From assembly GCA_015228875.1 (NCBI GenBank), contig JADGCS010000003.1, positions 20,473 through 84,472 on the forward strand: a DNA stretch of 64,000 bases, read 5' to 3'. A model generated the notes under the pieces. It was not told the origin of the DNA and searched no databases. It worked only from the letters and a program-made list of their open reading frames with translations. Below, piece by piece: positions 19,214-27,431 of this stretch. Position numbers and translations under genes: made by a program. This DNA comes from Deltaproteobacteria bacterium. GTDB taxonomy: Bacteria; UBA10199; JADGCS01. Every line of letters starts with the position of its first letter. Position 1 is the first letter of the stretch.

Positions 19214-19819
19214 ATGAAAACAAAAACATTCCTCAACATCTTTCTCTGTTCGATGCTTTGCCTCGCCACATCTGTTGTCCTCTCAGAGGATGTGAGTCTT
19301 TCTGACACCTACGAAACCTATCACGGCATCAAGATCGAAAAAAACACAGCCACCCTGAGAATGGCCGGTAAATTGAGGGCTGCAAACCTTTATGAAGACA
19401 CAGAGATCGCCGGCATTAACTGCGCAAAAAACACAATGGTTTTTTTTGACAATAAAGAAGGCCTTGAAGGCTGCACACTCTCTCAAAAAACTGGTTTTCA
19501 TGGTTACGACTTTGCCCCGTTGACAGAGGTCCGATTCTCGGCATCCGGCAAACTCAAATCAGCCCTGCTGGCCGAGGCAATGTTTGTGCAGAGAATCAAA
19601 TTCCCCAAAGAATCACTTCTGTCCTTTGATGACTTTGGTGATCTTACAAGCGTAACACCCGTAACAGATATCACCATTGGCGGCCAGTCATGCCCCGCAC
19701 ATGTCATGATAAAATTTGATGACAGCGGCGGTGTGCAGTGCAAAACGGCCGCACCAAAAAAAGAAACCACGGGCGAGGACAACAGCAACAAAGAAAACAA
19801 AAAAGGAGAAACAGAATGA
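19214..19819 (+). CDS. secreted protein with MORN-variant-like repeat (paralogous to 44725..45654)
   Basis: Signal peptide MKTKTFLNIFLCSMLCLATSVVLS; repeat units of the type GINCAKNTMVFFDNKEGLEGC / FSASGKLKSALLAEA; stop overlaps next gene start (ATGA). Confidence 0.5.
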   Translation: MKTKTFLNIFLCSMLCLATSVVLSEDVSLSDTYETYHGIKIEKNTATLRMAGKLRAANLYEDTEIAGINCAKNTMVFFDNKEGLEGCTLSQKTGFHGYDFAPLTEVRFSASGKLKSALLAEAMFVQRIKFPKESLLSFDDFGDLTSVTPVTDITIGGQSCPAHVMIKFDDSGGVQCKTAAPKKETTGEDNSNKENKKGETE

Positions 19820-20394
19820 AAGTCATCGCATTTAACGGAAGCCCCAGAAAAGAGGGCAACACTTTTTTACTCATCAACCGCGTGTTTGAAGAGCTTGAAA
19901 AGCAAAATATAAAAACAGAACTCGTCCAGCTGGGCGGCAATCAAATAAGGGGCTGCAAGGCGTGTTACATCTGCTCAAAAAACAAAGACAACCGCTGTGC
20001 CCAAAATGACGACATGATCAACGACTGCATTGCAAAAATGGCCCAGTCTGACGGCATCATCATCGGTTCGCCCACTTATGTCACCGATGTCTCTCCTGAG
20101 GTCAAGGCACTGATTGACCGGGGCTGCCTGGTCTCGCGTGCCAACAATCACCTTCTCAAATACAAGGCGGGCGCTGCCGTCCTTGCCGTCCGCCGTGCCG
20201 GATCCTTGCACGCCTTTGACACCATCAATCATTTTTTTACCATCAATCAGATGATGGTCGTTGGCTCCATCTACTGGAATCTCGGAATAGGCAGGGATAT
20301 CGGCGAGGTTAAAAAAGACGAAGAGGGCATGAAAACCATGGAGGTCCTCGGGCAAAACATGGCGTGGTTGATTAAAAAAATCTGTGCCCAGTGA
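19816..20394 (+). CDS. iron-sulfur flavoprotein (Isf) / NADPH-dependent FMN reductase, flavodoxin-like fold
   Basis: ATG 19816 with AAAAGGAGAA RBS; MKVIAFNGSPRKEGNT flavodoxin-like N-term; CKACYICSKNKDNRC = CxxCxxCx7C cluster motif of Isf family. Confidence 0.7.
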   Translation: MKVIAFNGSPRKEGNTFLLINRVFEELEKQNIKTELVQLGGNQIRGCKACYICSKNKDNRCAQNDDMINDCIAKMAQSDGIIIGSPTYVTDVSPEVKALIDRGCLVSRANNHLLKYKAGAAVLAVRRAGSLHAFDTINHFFTINQMMVVGSIYWNLGIGRDIGEVKKDEEGMKTMEVLGQNMAWLIKKICAQ

Positions 20395-21650
20395 CAAAAC
20401 ACCCCCACTTAAATATCCGTCCCGCAGAAGTGGAAAACAAGGGGCAGCTCCAGCATGATTGGCTGGATACTGCCAATCCTGATGAAGCAGCCTACGTGTA
20501 TGCGGCGCAGGGACACAGGCTCGCCACATATGAAGCAGATGAGTATCGGTATTACTGTATTTCACAGGCAGCCTTTGCAGAAATAAAAAAAGCCACCGAC
20601 ACACTCCACGAGATGTTTCTAAACGCAACCGACTTTGTGCTGCATGACACAAAAACACTCGAAAGGTTCAATCTGCCAAGGTCTGTCTGGCCGCGACTGC
20701 GCGCCTCATGGCATCACAGAAAAAACCAGATGATTACCGGCCGTCTTGATTTTGCGGTCTCCGAGCAGGGCATCAAGATCTATGAGTATAACGCGGATTC
20801 CGCCGCCTGCTACATGGAGTGTGGAAAAATTCAGGACAAATGGGCAAGGCACTTTGGCTGCACCGAGGGCGTGAGTGCTGGCAAAGGTTTACAGGCAGCC
20901 CTGATAGCAGCCTGGCAGAAAAGCAAAATCAAGGGCATCGTGCATGTCATGCACGATCACGACGTGGATGAAACCTATCACGCCCTGTATATGAAATCAC
21001 TCATGGAAAGGGCGGGCTTAAAATGCAAGGCCATCAAGGGGACCATGGGACTCTCGCGCCGCGATGACGGGGTCGTTGTTGATCCCGATGGCGAACCTAT
21101 TCGCTGGGTCTGGAAAACATGGGCGTGGGAGACAGCGCTGGACCAGATCCGCGGCAAACATGCGGGTCACAAAGGGCAGGACATTGCATCAACAAATAAA
21201 GACTCATCCCCAAACCTCGCCGATGTCCTTCTTAACGAGGGTGCTGTGGTCTACGAACCTTTCTGGACGCTGATCACCAGCAACAAGGCTCTCCTGCCTG
21301 TCTTGTGGCACATGTATCCGCAACATCCCTACCTGCTTGAGACGCAGTTCGCGTTGACTCAAACCCTTAAACAAACAGGTTACATCATCAAACCCATCGT
21401 GGGCCGGTGCGGGGCGAACATACAGGTCATTCACAACAATCACCTTGTCTTAAAAACCAATGGTCAATTTGAAAACCAGCATAACATCTATCAACAATAT
21501 TTTCCCCTGCCTGTCATCAATGGCAACAACGTGCAGATAAGCACCTTCACTGTATCAGGGAGCTTTGCAGGCGCCGTCGCGCGGATGAATCCCACACAAA
21601 TCATCGAGGCGGACAGTAATCTTTTGTCTTTAAGGGTCGTGGAAGATTAA
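20391..21650 (+). CDS. glutathionylspermidine synthase family protein (pre-ATP-grasp amide ligase, YgiC/YjfC-like)
   Basis: 419 aa; GRLDFAVSEQGIKIYEYNADSAACYMECG core typical of GspS-family ligases; ATG overlaps stop of isf-like gene. Confidence 0.65.
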   Translation: MTKHPHLNIRPAEVENKGQLQHDWLDTANPDEAAYVYAAQGHRLATYEADEYRYYCISQAAFAEIKKATDTLHEMFLNATDFVLHDTKTLERFNLPRSVWPRLRASWHHRKNQMITGRLDFAVSEQGIKIYEYNADSAACYMECGKIQDKWARHFGCTEGVSAGKGLQAALIAAWQKSKIKGIVHVMHDHDVDETYHALYMKSLMERAGLKCKAIKGTMGLSRRDDGVVVDPDGEPIRWVWKTWAWETALDQIRGKHAGHKGQDIASTNKDSSPNLADVLLNEGAVVYEPFWTLITSNKALLPVLWHMYPQHPYLLETQFALTQTLKQTGYIIKPIVGRCGANIQVIHNNHLVLKTNGQFENQHNIYQQYFPLPVINGNNVQISTFTVSGSFAGAVARMNPTQIIEADSNLLSLRVVED

Positions 21651-21699
21651 GCGGTTAAATGCCTCATATTCCATCGTGGCGGCAGCGTGGCCACGTCTT

Positions 21700-21872
21700 T
21701 AAAAACATCGGGCAATCCAATCGGGGATTGTGTTCATGCCCGTGGCTCTTTGGGTATATGCGCGTGTCAGGTTCAGATCGAAATTATCGAGCGCAATGGC
21801 CTCTTTACATTCGCGCGGGCAATCAGCGGTTTTTTGTCTTGTTGCAAACACAGTCAAAATCCCCAACCATCC
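21700..21872 (-). pseudogene. ~170-bp remnant homologous to an internal segment of the STAND Ser/Thr kinase gene (cf. 29170-29340)
   Basis: ~85% nucleotide identity by eye over ~140 nt (GGGATTGYGTT...CAGATCGAAATTATCGAG...CCTCTTTACATTCG...TTTTGTCTTGTTGCAAACACAGTCA) to the NTPase-domain coding region of 27406..30516; lies in the intergenic gap between 21650 and 21980 with no complete ORF. Confidence 0.45.
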
Positions 21873-21979
21873 CCTTAACTTGCTAATATGTATTGTGATT
21901 TACTATTATCAAAGTTATGACAAAAAAACTTTTGTCGCAGGCAACATTTGTTTGAGTTTTGCGATAAGCCCATAAACCT

Positions 21980-24913
21980 ATGAAGCAAGCCATCATTGCC
22001 ATTATTGTCTGTGTGTTTTTAAGTTTTGGTATTGCCTTTGACTCCCACGCCAAACCCACAAAACCCCTGATCACCTTTCCACCGCGTGGCAGGGTTGCGC
22101 CCGTGCGAGTCCCTTTTAAAAAACCTTGCATGAGCAAGAGTGACTACATGAGGAGGTTCGGCGGTCTCAATAATCTCTTTGGCCGTAATACACTTCGCTA
22201 CAACGACTGCGATGAGGATGGCTTTGATTCTACAAGAGACGGCGGTGGTGATTGCAGTGATTACAATGCCAACGTGCATCCGGGGGCGGTAGAAATTTGC
22301 GACGGGCTTGATAACGATTGCAACGGCACTGCGGACGATGGTCTGCCAACCCACACTTGGTATGCTGATGCAGATAATGACGGCTACGGCGATCCCACCG
22401 CGAGCACGAGCACATGCACGATTGCGGCGCCAGCGGGCTTAGTTGCCAACGCTAACGATTGCGATGATACTAACAATGCAATACATCCGGGTGCAGTTGA
22501 GGTCTGCGACAACGCTGATAACGACTGCACGGGCGGCATTGATAATGGGATTGCGCCTATCCCAGCGGATAACACGCAGGGGCTTTGTGCCTCTAACATA
22601 AAAGTTTGTCATGATGGTGATTTTGTAAATGCAACTGGCAATTATGTTCCTATGTCTGAAATTTGTGATGGGTTGGATAATGACTGTGCTGGCGGCACCG
22701 ATGATGGTTTAACCAATCGCCCTGCAAGCAATACACAGGGCCTGTGCGCGGGTAATACCGAAACCTGTAATGGCATTGATGGCTGGCAGGCCACCGCTAC
22801 CAATTACACACCAACAGCAGAAATCTGTGACGGCCTCGATAACGACTGTGCAGGTGGCATTGACAATGGCCTTGCCGACCGCCTCACCTCTAATCAAGAT
22901 GGTGAGTGCGAGGGTAATCTTGAACATTGCGAGGCTGTAGAGGGTTATCAACCCTTGGCAACCAATTATATTCCAACAGATGAAATCTGCGACAACAAAG
23001 ACAACAACTGCAACGACGCTGTTGATGAAGGTATTTCCAATATTCCCGCCCTTAACACGCAAGGGCTTTGTTCGGCCAATATCAGGGTTTGCAGTAGTGG
23101 TACGTTTGTTGATTTGGCTGCAAATTATATTCCAACCACCGAGATTTGCGATGGGCTAGATAACGACTGCGCCGGCGGCATTGATGACGGGCTTACCGAT
23201 CTCCCTGCAACCAATACAAACGGCGAGTGTGTGGGCAACAAGCTACAATGCAATGGTGTTGCTGGCTGGCAGGCAAAGGCAACAAACTACATACCGACCG
23301 ATGAGACCTGCGACACACTCGATAACAACTGCAACGGTACAGTAGACGAGGGTTTGACAATCTACACATGGTACACCGATGCAGATGGCGATGGGCACGG
23401 CAATCCCGAAATCTCTGAAACCAATTGCCATGCAACTTTTGCGTCCCATGTTTCTAATGCAGACGACTGCAACGATGCTGACTCCACTATTAACCCTAGC
23501 GTTGCCGAAGACACCACCCGCATTGGTGATGAAAATTGTGATGGCAAAGGCATAGGCAATCTAAGTGCCGCTGATGCTGTGTTTGAGGGGGATACGGCGA
23601 GTGATTATACGGGTTTCTCAATGGCCAATGTGGGGGATATGGATGGTGATAACGTGCCGGATATTTTGGTGGGGGCGCCGAGTTGGGATGCTAGTCTAGA
23701 ACCTTTGGGCACTGGTGAAGCAGTATTGCTTAGAGGTAATACAGAAAATTTTTTAAGTTTGGGAACCGAACTGTATCATGCGGGCGTGCACACTGGCGAT
23801 TCTGCTGGCTCCAGTGTTGCTAGTGCTGGTGATATGAATGACGATGGGGTGCCTGATATTATTATTGGAGCCACCACTGTTGATGGTGAAGGATTAGACA
23901 CTGGTGCTGCCTATTTAATCTATGGGCCTTATAATGAATCGGTTTCTTTGTCAGAAGCAGATTTTGTTTTAACTGGCATCGCTCAATATGACACTATTGG
24001 ATTTACGTTGGGATCTGCTGGTGATTATAATTGTGATGGATATGATGATCTCTTTATTGGTGGGGCATACAATAATAACGGTGGCACCAATGCCGGTGAA
24101 GCCTATGTGATCTATGGTCCTTTAGATACGGGGACAATGAGTATGACCTCTGCTGATGTCACCATAAGAGCAACAGAAGCTTGGAGTCTATTTGGCGACT
24201 CGGGTATGGCTACCGACCTTGATCGCGATGGTTGCTCTGATCTCATTATCAGCGCTCCTATGGCAGGTTCGACCGATAGAGGTAAGGTCTATATTTTTAA
24301 AGGGAGTGAAACCCCTGCAAGTCTGATAACAACTGCAACCGCTGATGTTATATTTACGGGCGGCACGGATGGCGAAGAAGCTGGTGGTGCAATTGCGATT
24401 AAAAAAAATGGCGACTTGACCGGTGACGGAAACATCGATCTTGTCATTGGTGCAAGATATAACGCCTGCGGTGGCACAGACAGCGGCGCCGTTTATATTG
24501 TATCCGACCCTTTGACCAGCAAGACACTCTCCACATTAGAGTCAGCCTTTATCTGCGGGGATGGCACGGGTGATCAACTTGGTGACTACAGCAGTTCCCT
24601 CGACATCGGAGACCTTGACGGCGACAGGGTTTATGATCTGCTGATTGGGGATGAGAGTAATGGCACATACTACGGCGCGGCTACTTTTTTATTTATGGGA
24701 CCCGTAAATGGAATCCACGACGCCTCTGATGCCAACTTCATTTTTGAAGGGCAATCCGACGTGGGCTATGCCTCAGGTAGGTCTGCAATCTTTATCGACG
24801 ATCTAAACAGTGACGGTTTTTTAGAAATTGGAATTGGTGATCCAAACTATAGCAATCCAGAAGTCAAAGCTGGCGCCGCTTATATTATTAATGGTAGTCG
24901 GCTCTTTAATTAA
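21980..24913 (+). CDS. large secreted protein with ~9 tandem Cys-rich 'putative metal-binding motif' (MopE-like, CDGxDNDCxG) repeats and C-terminal FG-GAP/integrin-alpha repeats
   Basis: Signal peptide MKQAIIAIIVCVFLSFGIAFDSHA; repeats EICDGLDNDCAGGIDDGL…; FG-GAP units DMDGDNVPDILVGAP, DMNDDGVPDIIIGA, DYNCDGYDDLFIGG, DLDRDGCSDLIISAP. Confidence 0.75.
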   Translation: MKQAIIAIIVCVFLSFGIAFDSHAKPTKPLITFPPRGRVAPVRVPFKKPCMSKSDYMRRFGGLNNLFGRNTLRYNDCDEDGFDSTRDGGGDCSDYNANVHPGAVEICDGLDNDCNGTADDGLPTHTWYADADNDGYGDPTASTSTCTIAAPAGLVANANDCDDTNNAIHPGAVEVCDNADNDCTGGIDNGIAPIPADNTQGLCASNIKVCHDGDFVNATGNYVPMSEICDGLDNDCAGGTDDGLTNRPASNTQGLCAGNTETCNGIDGWQATATNYTPTAEICDGLDNDCAGGIDNGLADRLTSNQDGECEGNLEHCEAVEGYQPLATNYIPTDEICDNKDNNCNDAVDEGISNIPALNTQGLCSANIRVCSSGTFVDLAANYIPTTEICDGLDNDCAGGIDDGLTDLPATNTNGECVGNKLQCNGVAGWQAKATNYIPTDETCDTLDNNCNGTVDEGLTIYTWYTDADGDGHGNPEISETNCHATFASHVSNADDCNDADSTINPSVAEDTTRIGDENCDGKGIGNLSAADAVFEGDTASDYTGFSMANVGDMDGDNVPDILVGAPSWDASLEPLGTGEAVLLRGNTENFLSLGTELYHAGVHTGDSAGSSVASAGDMNDDGVPDIIIGATTVDGEGLDTGAAYLIYGPYNESVSLSEADFVLTGIAQYDTIGFTLGSAGDYNCDGYDDLFIGGAYNNNGGTNAGEAYVIYGPLDTGTMSMTSADVTIRATEAWSLFGDSGMATDLDRDGCSDLIISAPMAGSTDRGKVYIFKGSETPASLITTATADVIFTGGTDGEEAGGAIAIKKNGDLTGDGNIDLVIGARYNACGGTDSGAVYIVSDPLTSKTLSTLESAFICGDGTGDQLGDYSSSLDIGDLDGDRVYDLLIGDESNGTYYGAATFLFMGPVNGIHDASDANFIFEGQSDVGYASGRSAIFIDDLNSDGFLEIGIGDPNYSNPEVKAGAAYIINGSRLFN

Positions 24914-24916
24914 TAT

Positions 24917-25165
24917 TCAACGGTAAATATCTTTTCTATGCCCGATTTTTTCGATGCATATCTCTCTATTTCTGCAAATATAAACCACCCGATACTGTCC
25001 TGTTTTCAATCGATAGGTGTTTATTAAACCCCTAAGTTTTGACGAATTTTTTGGGAATGGATTTGTCGACAGAACATCAATATGCCTGCATATCATTTCA
25101 CGATCTCTGACTGGCAATTTTTGGAGTCCTTTTTTTGCTCTTTTTGTCACTACCACGTTTTGCAT
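24917..25165 (-). CDS. RelE/ParE-family type II toxin
   Basis: MQNVVVTKRAKKGLQKLPVRDREMICRHIDVLSTNPFP...GQYRVVYICRNREICIEKIGHRKDIY matches RelE/ParE consensus (…RviY…HRkd.Y). ORF-track start at 25177 is a TTG; ATG at 25165 is used here. Confidence 0.65.
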   Translation of the reverse strand: MQNVVVTKRAKKGLQKLPVRDREMICRHIDVLSTNPFPKNSSKLRGLINTYRLKTGQYRVVYICRNREICIEKIGHRKDIYR

Positions 25166-25259
25166 GCTGCTTAACAAGTTGCTTTTTAAAATCTTCCCAA
25201 GGAATGTATTCCTCGTGGCGACTGTTAATGATGCTGATCATATCGTCATGGTCGTTCAT
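25098..25259 (-). CDS. putative cognate antitoxin (small, Lys-rich C-terminus); overlaps toxin start by ~68 bp
   Basis: Only upstream ORF on same strand (MNDHDDMISIINSRHEEYIPWEDFKKQLVKQHAKRGSDKKSKKRTPKIASQRS); no recognisable RHH/Phd motif; assignment by position only. Confidence 0.3.
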   Translation of the reverse strand: MNDHDDMISIINSRHEEYIPWEDFKKQLVKQHAKRGSDKKSKKRTPKIASQRS

Positions 25260-25398
25260 AAAGTTGATAAATTTATTTATGGGGATTTGAACATGCGTCA
25301 CCTTGCCAAGATTACTGCAAATAAACGTGGCCTTGAGTTCTTTATTTACCAATGGACAGGTGAGAATCCTTTTGCCCAACTTTATTTTCAGTTTTGAT

Positions 25399-27177
25399 TT
25401 ACTCATACTCACCCACATCTATTAGTAATAGTGATTTGTTAGTTACGTCAGTCACAATCAGTTGCTTGTCTTTTAACAACAAGCTGTTTGCCGAAAAACT
25501 GACGGTTTTGTTTGGCACTGAATCGGCAAGCTTGATTACAGTGCCTACGACGGGTTTTGCAATCGGGAGACCGTTTTCTTCCATAAGCGAAATAACGGAC
25601 ACGGTTTGATCATCATGATTTAACACATAAAGTTTACCACTTGTTCTGCTAAAAGTCATTGCCTGCGGGTCTTTGCCAACCATGACCACATTAGCTTCAT
25701 CTATTGTTTTTATGCCTGTTTCTAAATTAAAATTGCCAAGCCAGACTTTGTTATTTTTATCTAAAAGGGCAAAATCTACAATTTTGCTGTCGTCATCATA
25801 ATATGCAATCATATCTATTAACTGCACTTGATTATTATCTTTCCATATTTCACCACCAAGACGGTCCTCATCAGTTCTTCCAAATTCTTTGATGGCCTTT
25901 ATCCTTATGTTATTCTCATCATTAAAGACAACCAGGGTCCATTTCCAACCGCCAACATCTGCGTCCCCAAACCCCAACGTCCTCGTATGCCTGATCTCAT
26001 TGCCTTGGGTGTCGGTGTCGCCTGCGCGGGTGATCCAGATTATTTGGTGTTTCTCCCTTTTCCACTTCTCCTCAGTCACCGCGAAATTCAAATACCCCTC
26101 CGCCGCACTCTCCTGCTCAATCCCATAATACAAAATCCCATTCATCGCCCGCAAAAACGTGTACGCCTTGGCGTTGGGGTCGGTTACTTTTTCGCCGCTG
26201 TCTAGCACAATGCCGGCCTCGTAGTTGAGCAGTTGCACGCCTTCGGTGCCCATTACACCCAGGAGGGCGTCGGAGTCTGCATACGCAAGCTCGGTGCCTT
26301 CTGCATCAAATGTTTTGTAGCCAAGGTTGTAGTCGCCGGCAACCCGCATACCACTGCCATCATCGCGAGCTACAACACCATTGCCGTTTGCAAGTGAGTA
26401 CAATTCATCACCCGCCGAGTTTACATCAGTCGGCGTATTGCCAACATAGAGGAGGTTTTTTTTCGGGGTATCTTCTACAACCTGATCCGTCGCAGGTGCG
26501 CAGTCTTTATCCACGATGGTGTAGTAAAGTTTTTCGGTAGAGACCCCCTGATTGACAAAACACTTAAAGGAACCGTCTGTGTCGATGGGGCAGTAGGTAA
26601 ATTCATCGGAGCAGGTGGTTGCAACCTCTTGAGCATGGGCTTCTTTGATGAGCCAGCCGGACCAAGGGGATTGCCGCGTCGCTTTGCTCCTCGCAATGAC
26701 GGACGGCCGCTCTTTGCAGGCAACATCTGGAATAATCTCCTCAACACTCACCGCAATTTGATCGCCTGCTTCAAAATCGGTCACCGCACCCGCTGTGGCC
26801 GTGATCGGTACGTTACCTTGAGCATCCGGCGCAAATGTCAAAAAATTGCCTGAATCTAGCGACGGGTTAATAATACTCCCCGTGGGCAAGCTGCCCGGAT
26901 CCTCGAAATAATTGTTGTCGGGAGGGGTTATTCCTTCACCTTGGGCATCGGTGGCTTTTGACGACTGCGTTGTCCCAATCTCATCTACACTCGTGTCGGA
27001 CGTATCCATTGATGATGACGATGTTGACGGAGAATTTGATCCACCATTAGTATCATTCAAGAAAACAGAGCTGCCCACACCTTTTGAACAGGACGTTGCT
27101 ATAAATAGGGCAAAAAGATTTAACAAAATTTGGCGAACAATGGCATTCATCTCAAATAAACTGTACGCAAATCTCAT
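25399..27177 (-). CDS. secreted lipoprotein, unknown function (possible start at internal ATG 27150)
   Basis: MNAIVRQILLNLFALFIATSC signal/lipobox-like; Ser/Thr-rich linker then large domain; 592 aa. Confidence 0.55.
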   Translation of the reverse strand: MRFAYSLFEMNAIVRQILLNLFALFIATSCSKGVGSSVFLNDTNGGSNSPSTSSSSMDTSDTSVDEIGTTQSSKATDAQGEGITPPDNNYFEDPGSLPTGSIINPSLDSGNFLTFAPDAQGNVPITATAGAVTDFEAGDQIAVSVEEIIPDVACKERPSVIARSKATRQSPWSGWLIKEAHAQEVATTCSDEFTYCPIDTDGSFKCFVNQGVSTEKLYYTIVDKDCAPATDQVVEDTPKKNLLYVGNTPTDVNSAGDELYSLANGNGVVARDDGSGMRVAGDYNLGYKTFDAEGTELAYADSDALLGVMGTEGVQLLNYEAGIVLDSGEKVTDPNAKAYTFLRAMNGILYYGIEQESAAEGYLNFAVTEEKWKREKHQIIWITRAGDTDTQGNEIRHTRTLGFGDADVGGWKWTLVVFNDENNIRIKAIKEFGRTDEDRLGGEIWKDNNQVQLIDMIAYYDDDSKIVDFALLDKNNKVWLGNFNLETGIKTIDEANVVMVGKDPQAMTFSRTSGKLYVLNHDDQTVSVISLMEENGLPIAKPVVGTVIKLADSVPNKTVSFSANSLLLKDKQLIVTDVTNKSLLLIDVGEYE

Positions 27178-27333
27178 GCCTTGTTTGGCGTTATTCTAAT
27201 AGCAGGCAACTACTTGAAATGTTAAATTAATATTTGTTCTTGATTGGATTTTTGTAGAGTGGCGTTAACAAAAAAATGACAGTCTTATCAATTTGAGGGA
27301 CCTGAAATTATCAATGTGAAAAAAAACATTAAT

Positions 27334-27431
27334 GGGCACCTCTAAAAACTCAATTGGAGTCTCCAGATGTCATTCCCGCCCGCGCAAGCGGGGGCAGGGG
27401 TGACACTACGGAAGATTTTTTAGAGGTGCCC
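27334..27431 (-). terminator. candidate rho-independent terminator: perfect 15-bp inverted repeat GGGCACCTCTAAAAA / TTTTTAGAGGTGCCC enclosing the kinase stop codon, followed on the minus strand by U8
   Basis: Arms at 27334-27348 and 27417-27431; 68-nt spacer contains an inner GC hairpin (CCCGC…GCGGG); minus-strand downstream sequence AUUAAUGUUUUUUUUCAC. Confidence 0.4.

Noticed and set aside
22200-23400. Regular ~150-bp periodic repetition reminiscent of an array
   Set aside because: The repeats are in-frame protein-coding modules (CDGLDNDCxG) inside one long ORF with imperfect nucleotide identity. There are no short identical direct repeats with unique spacers, so this is not CRISPR.
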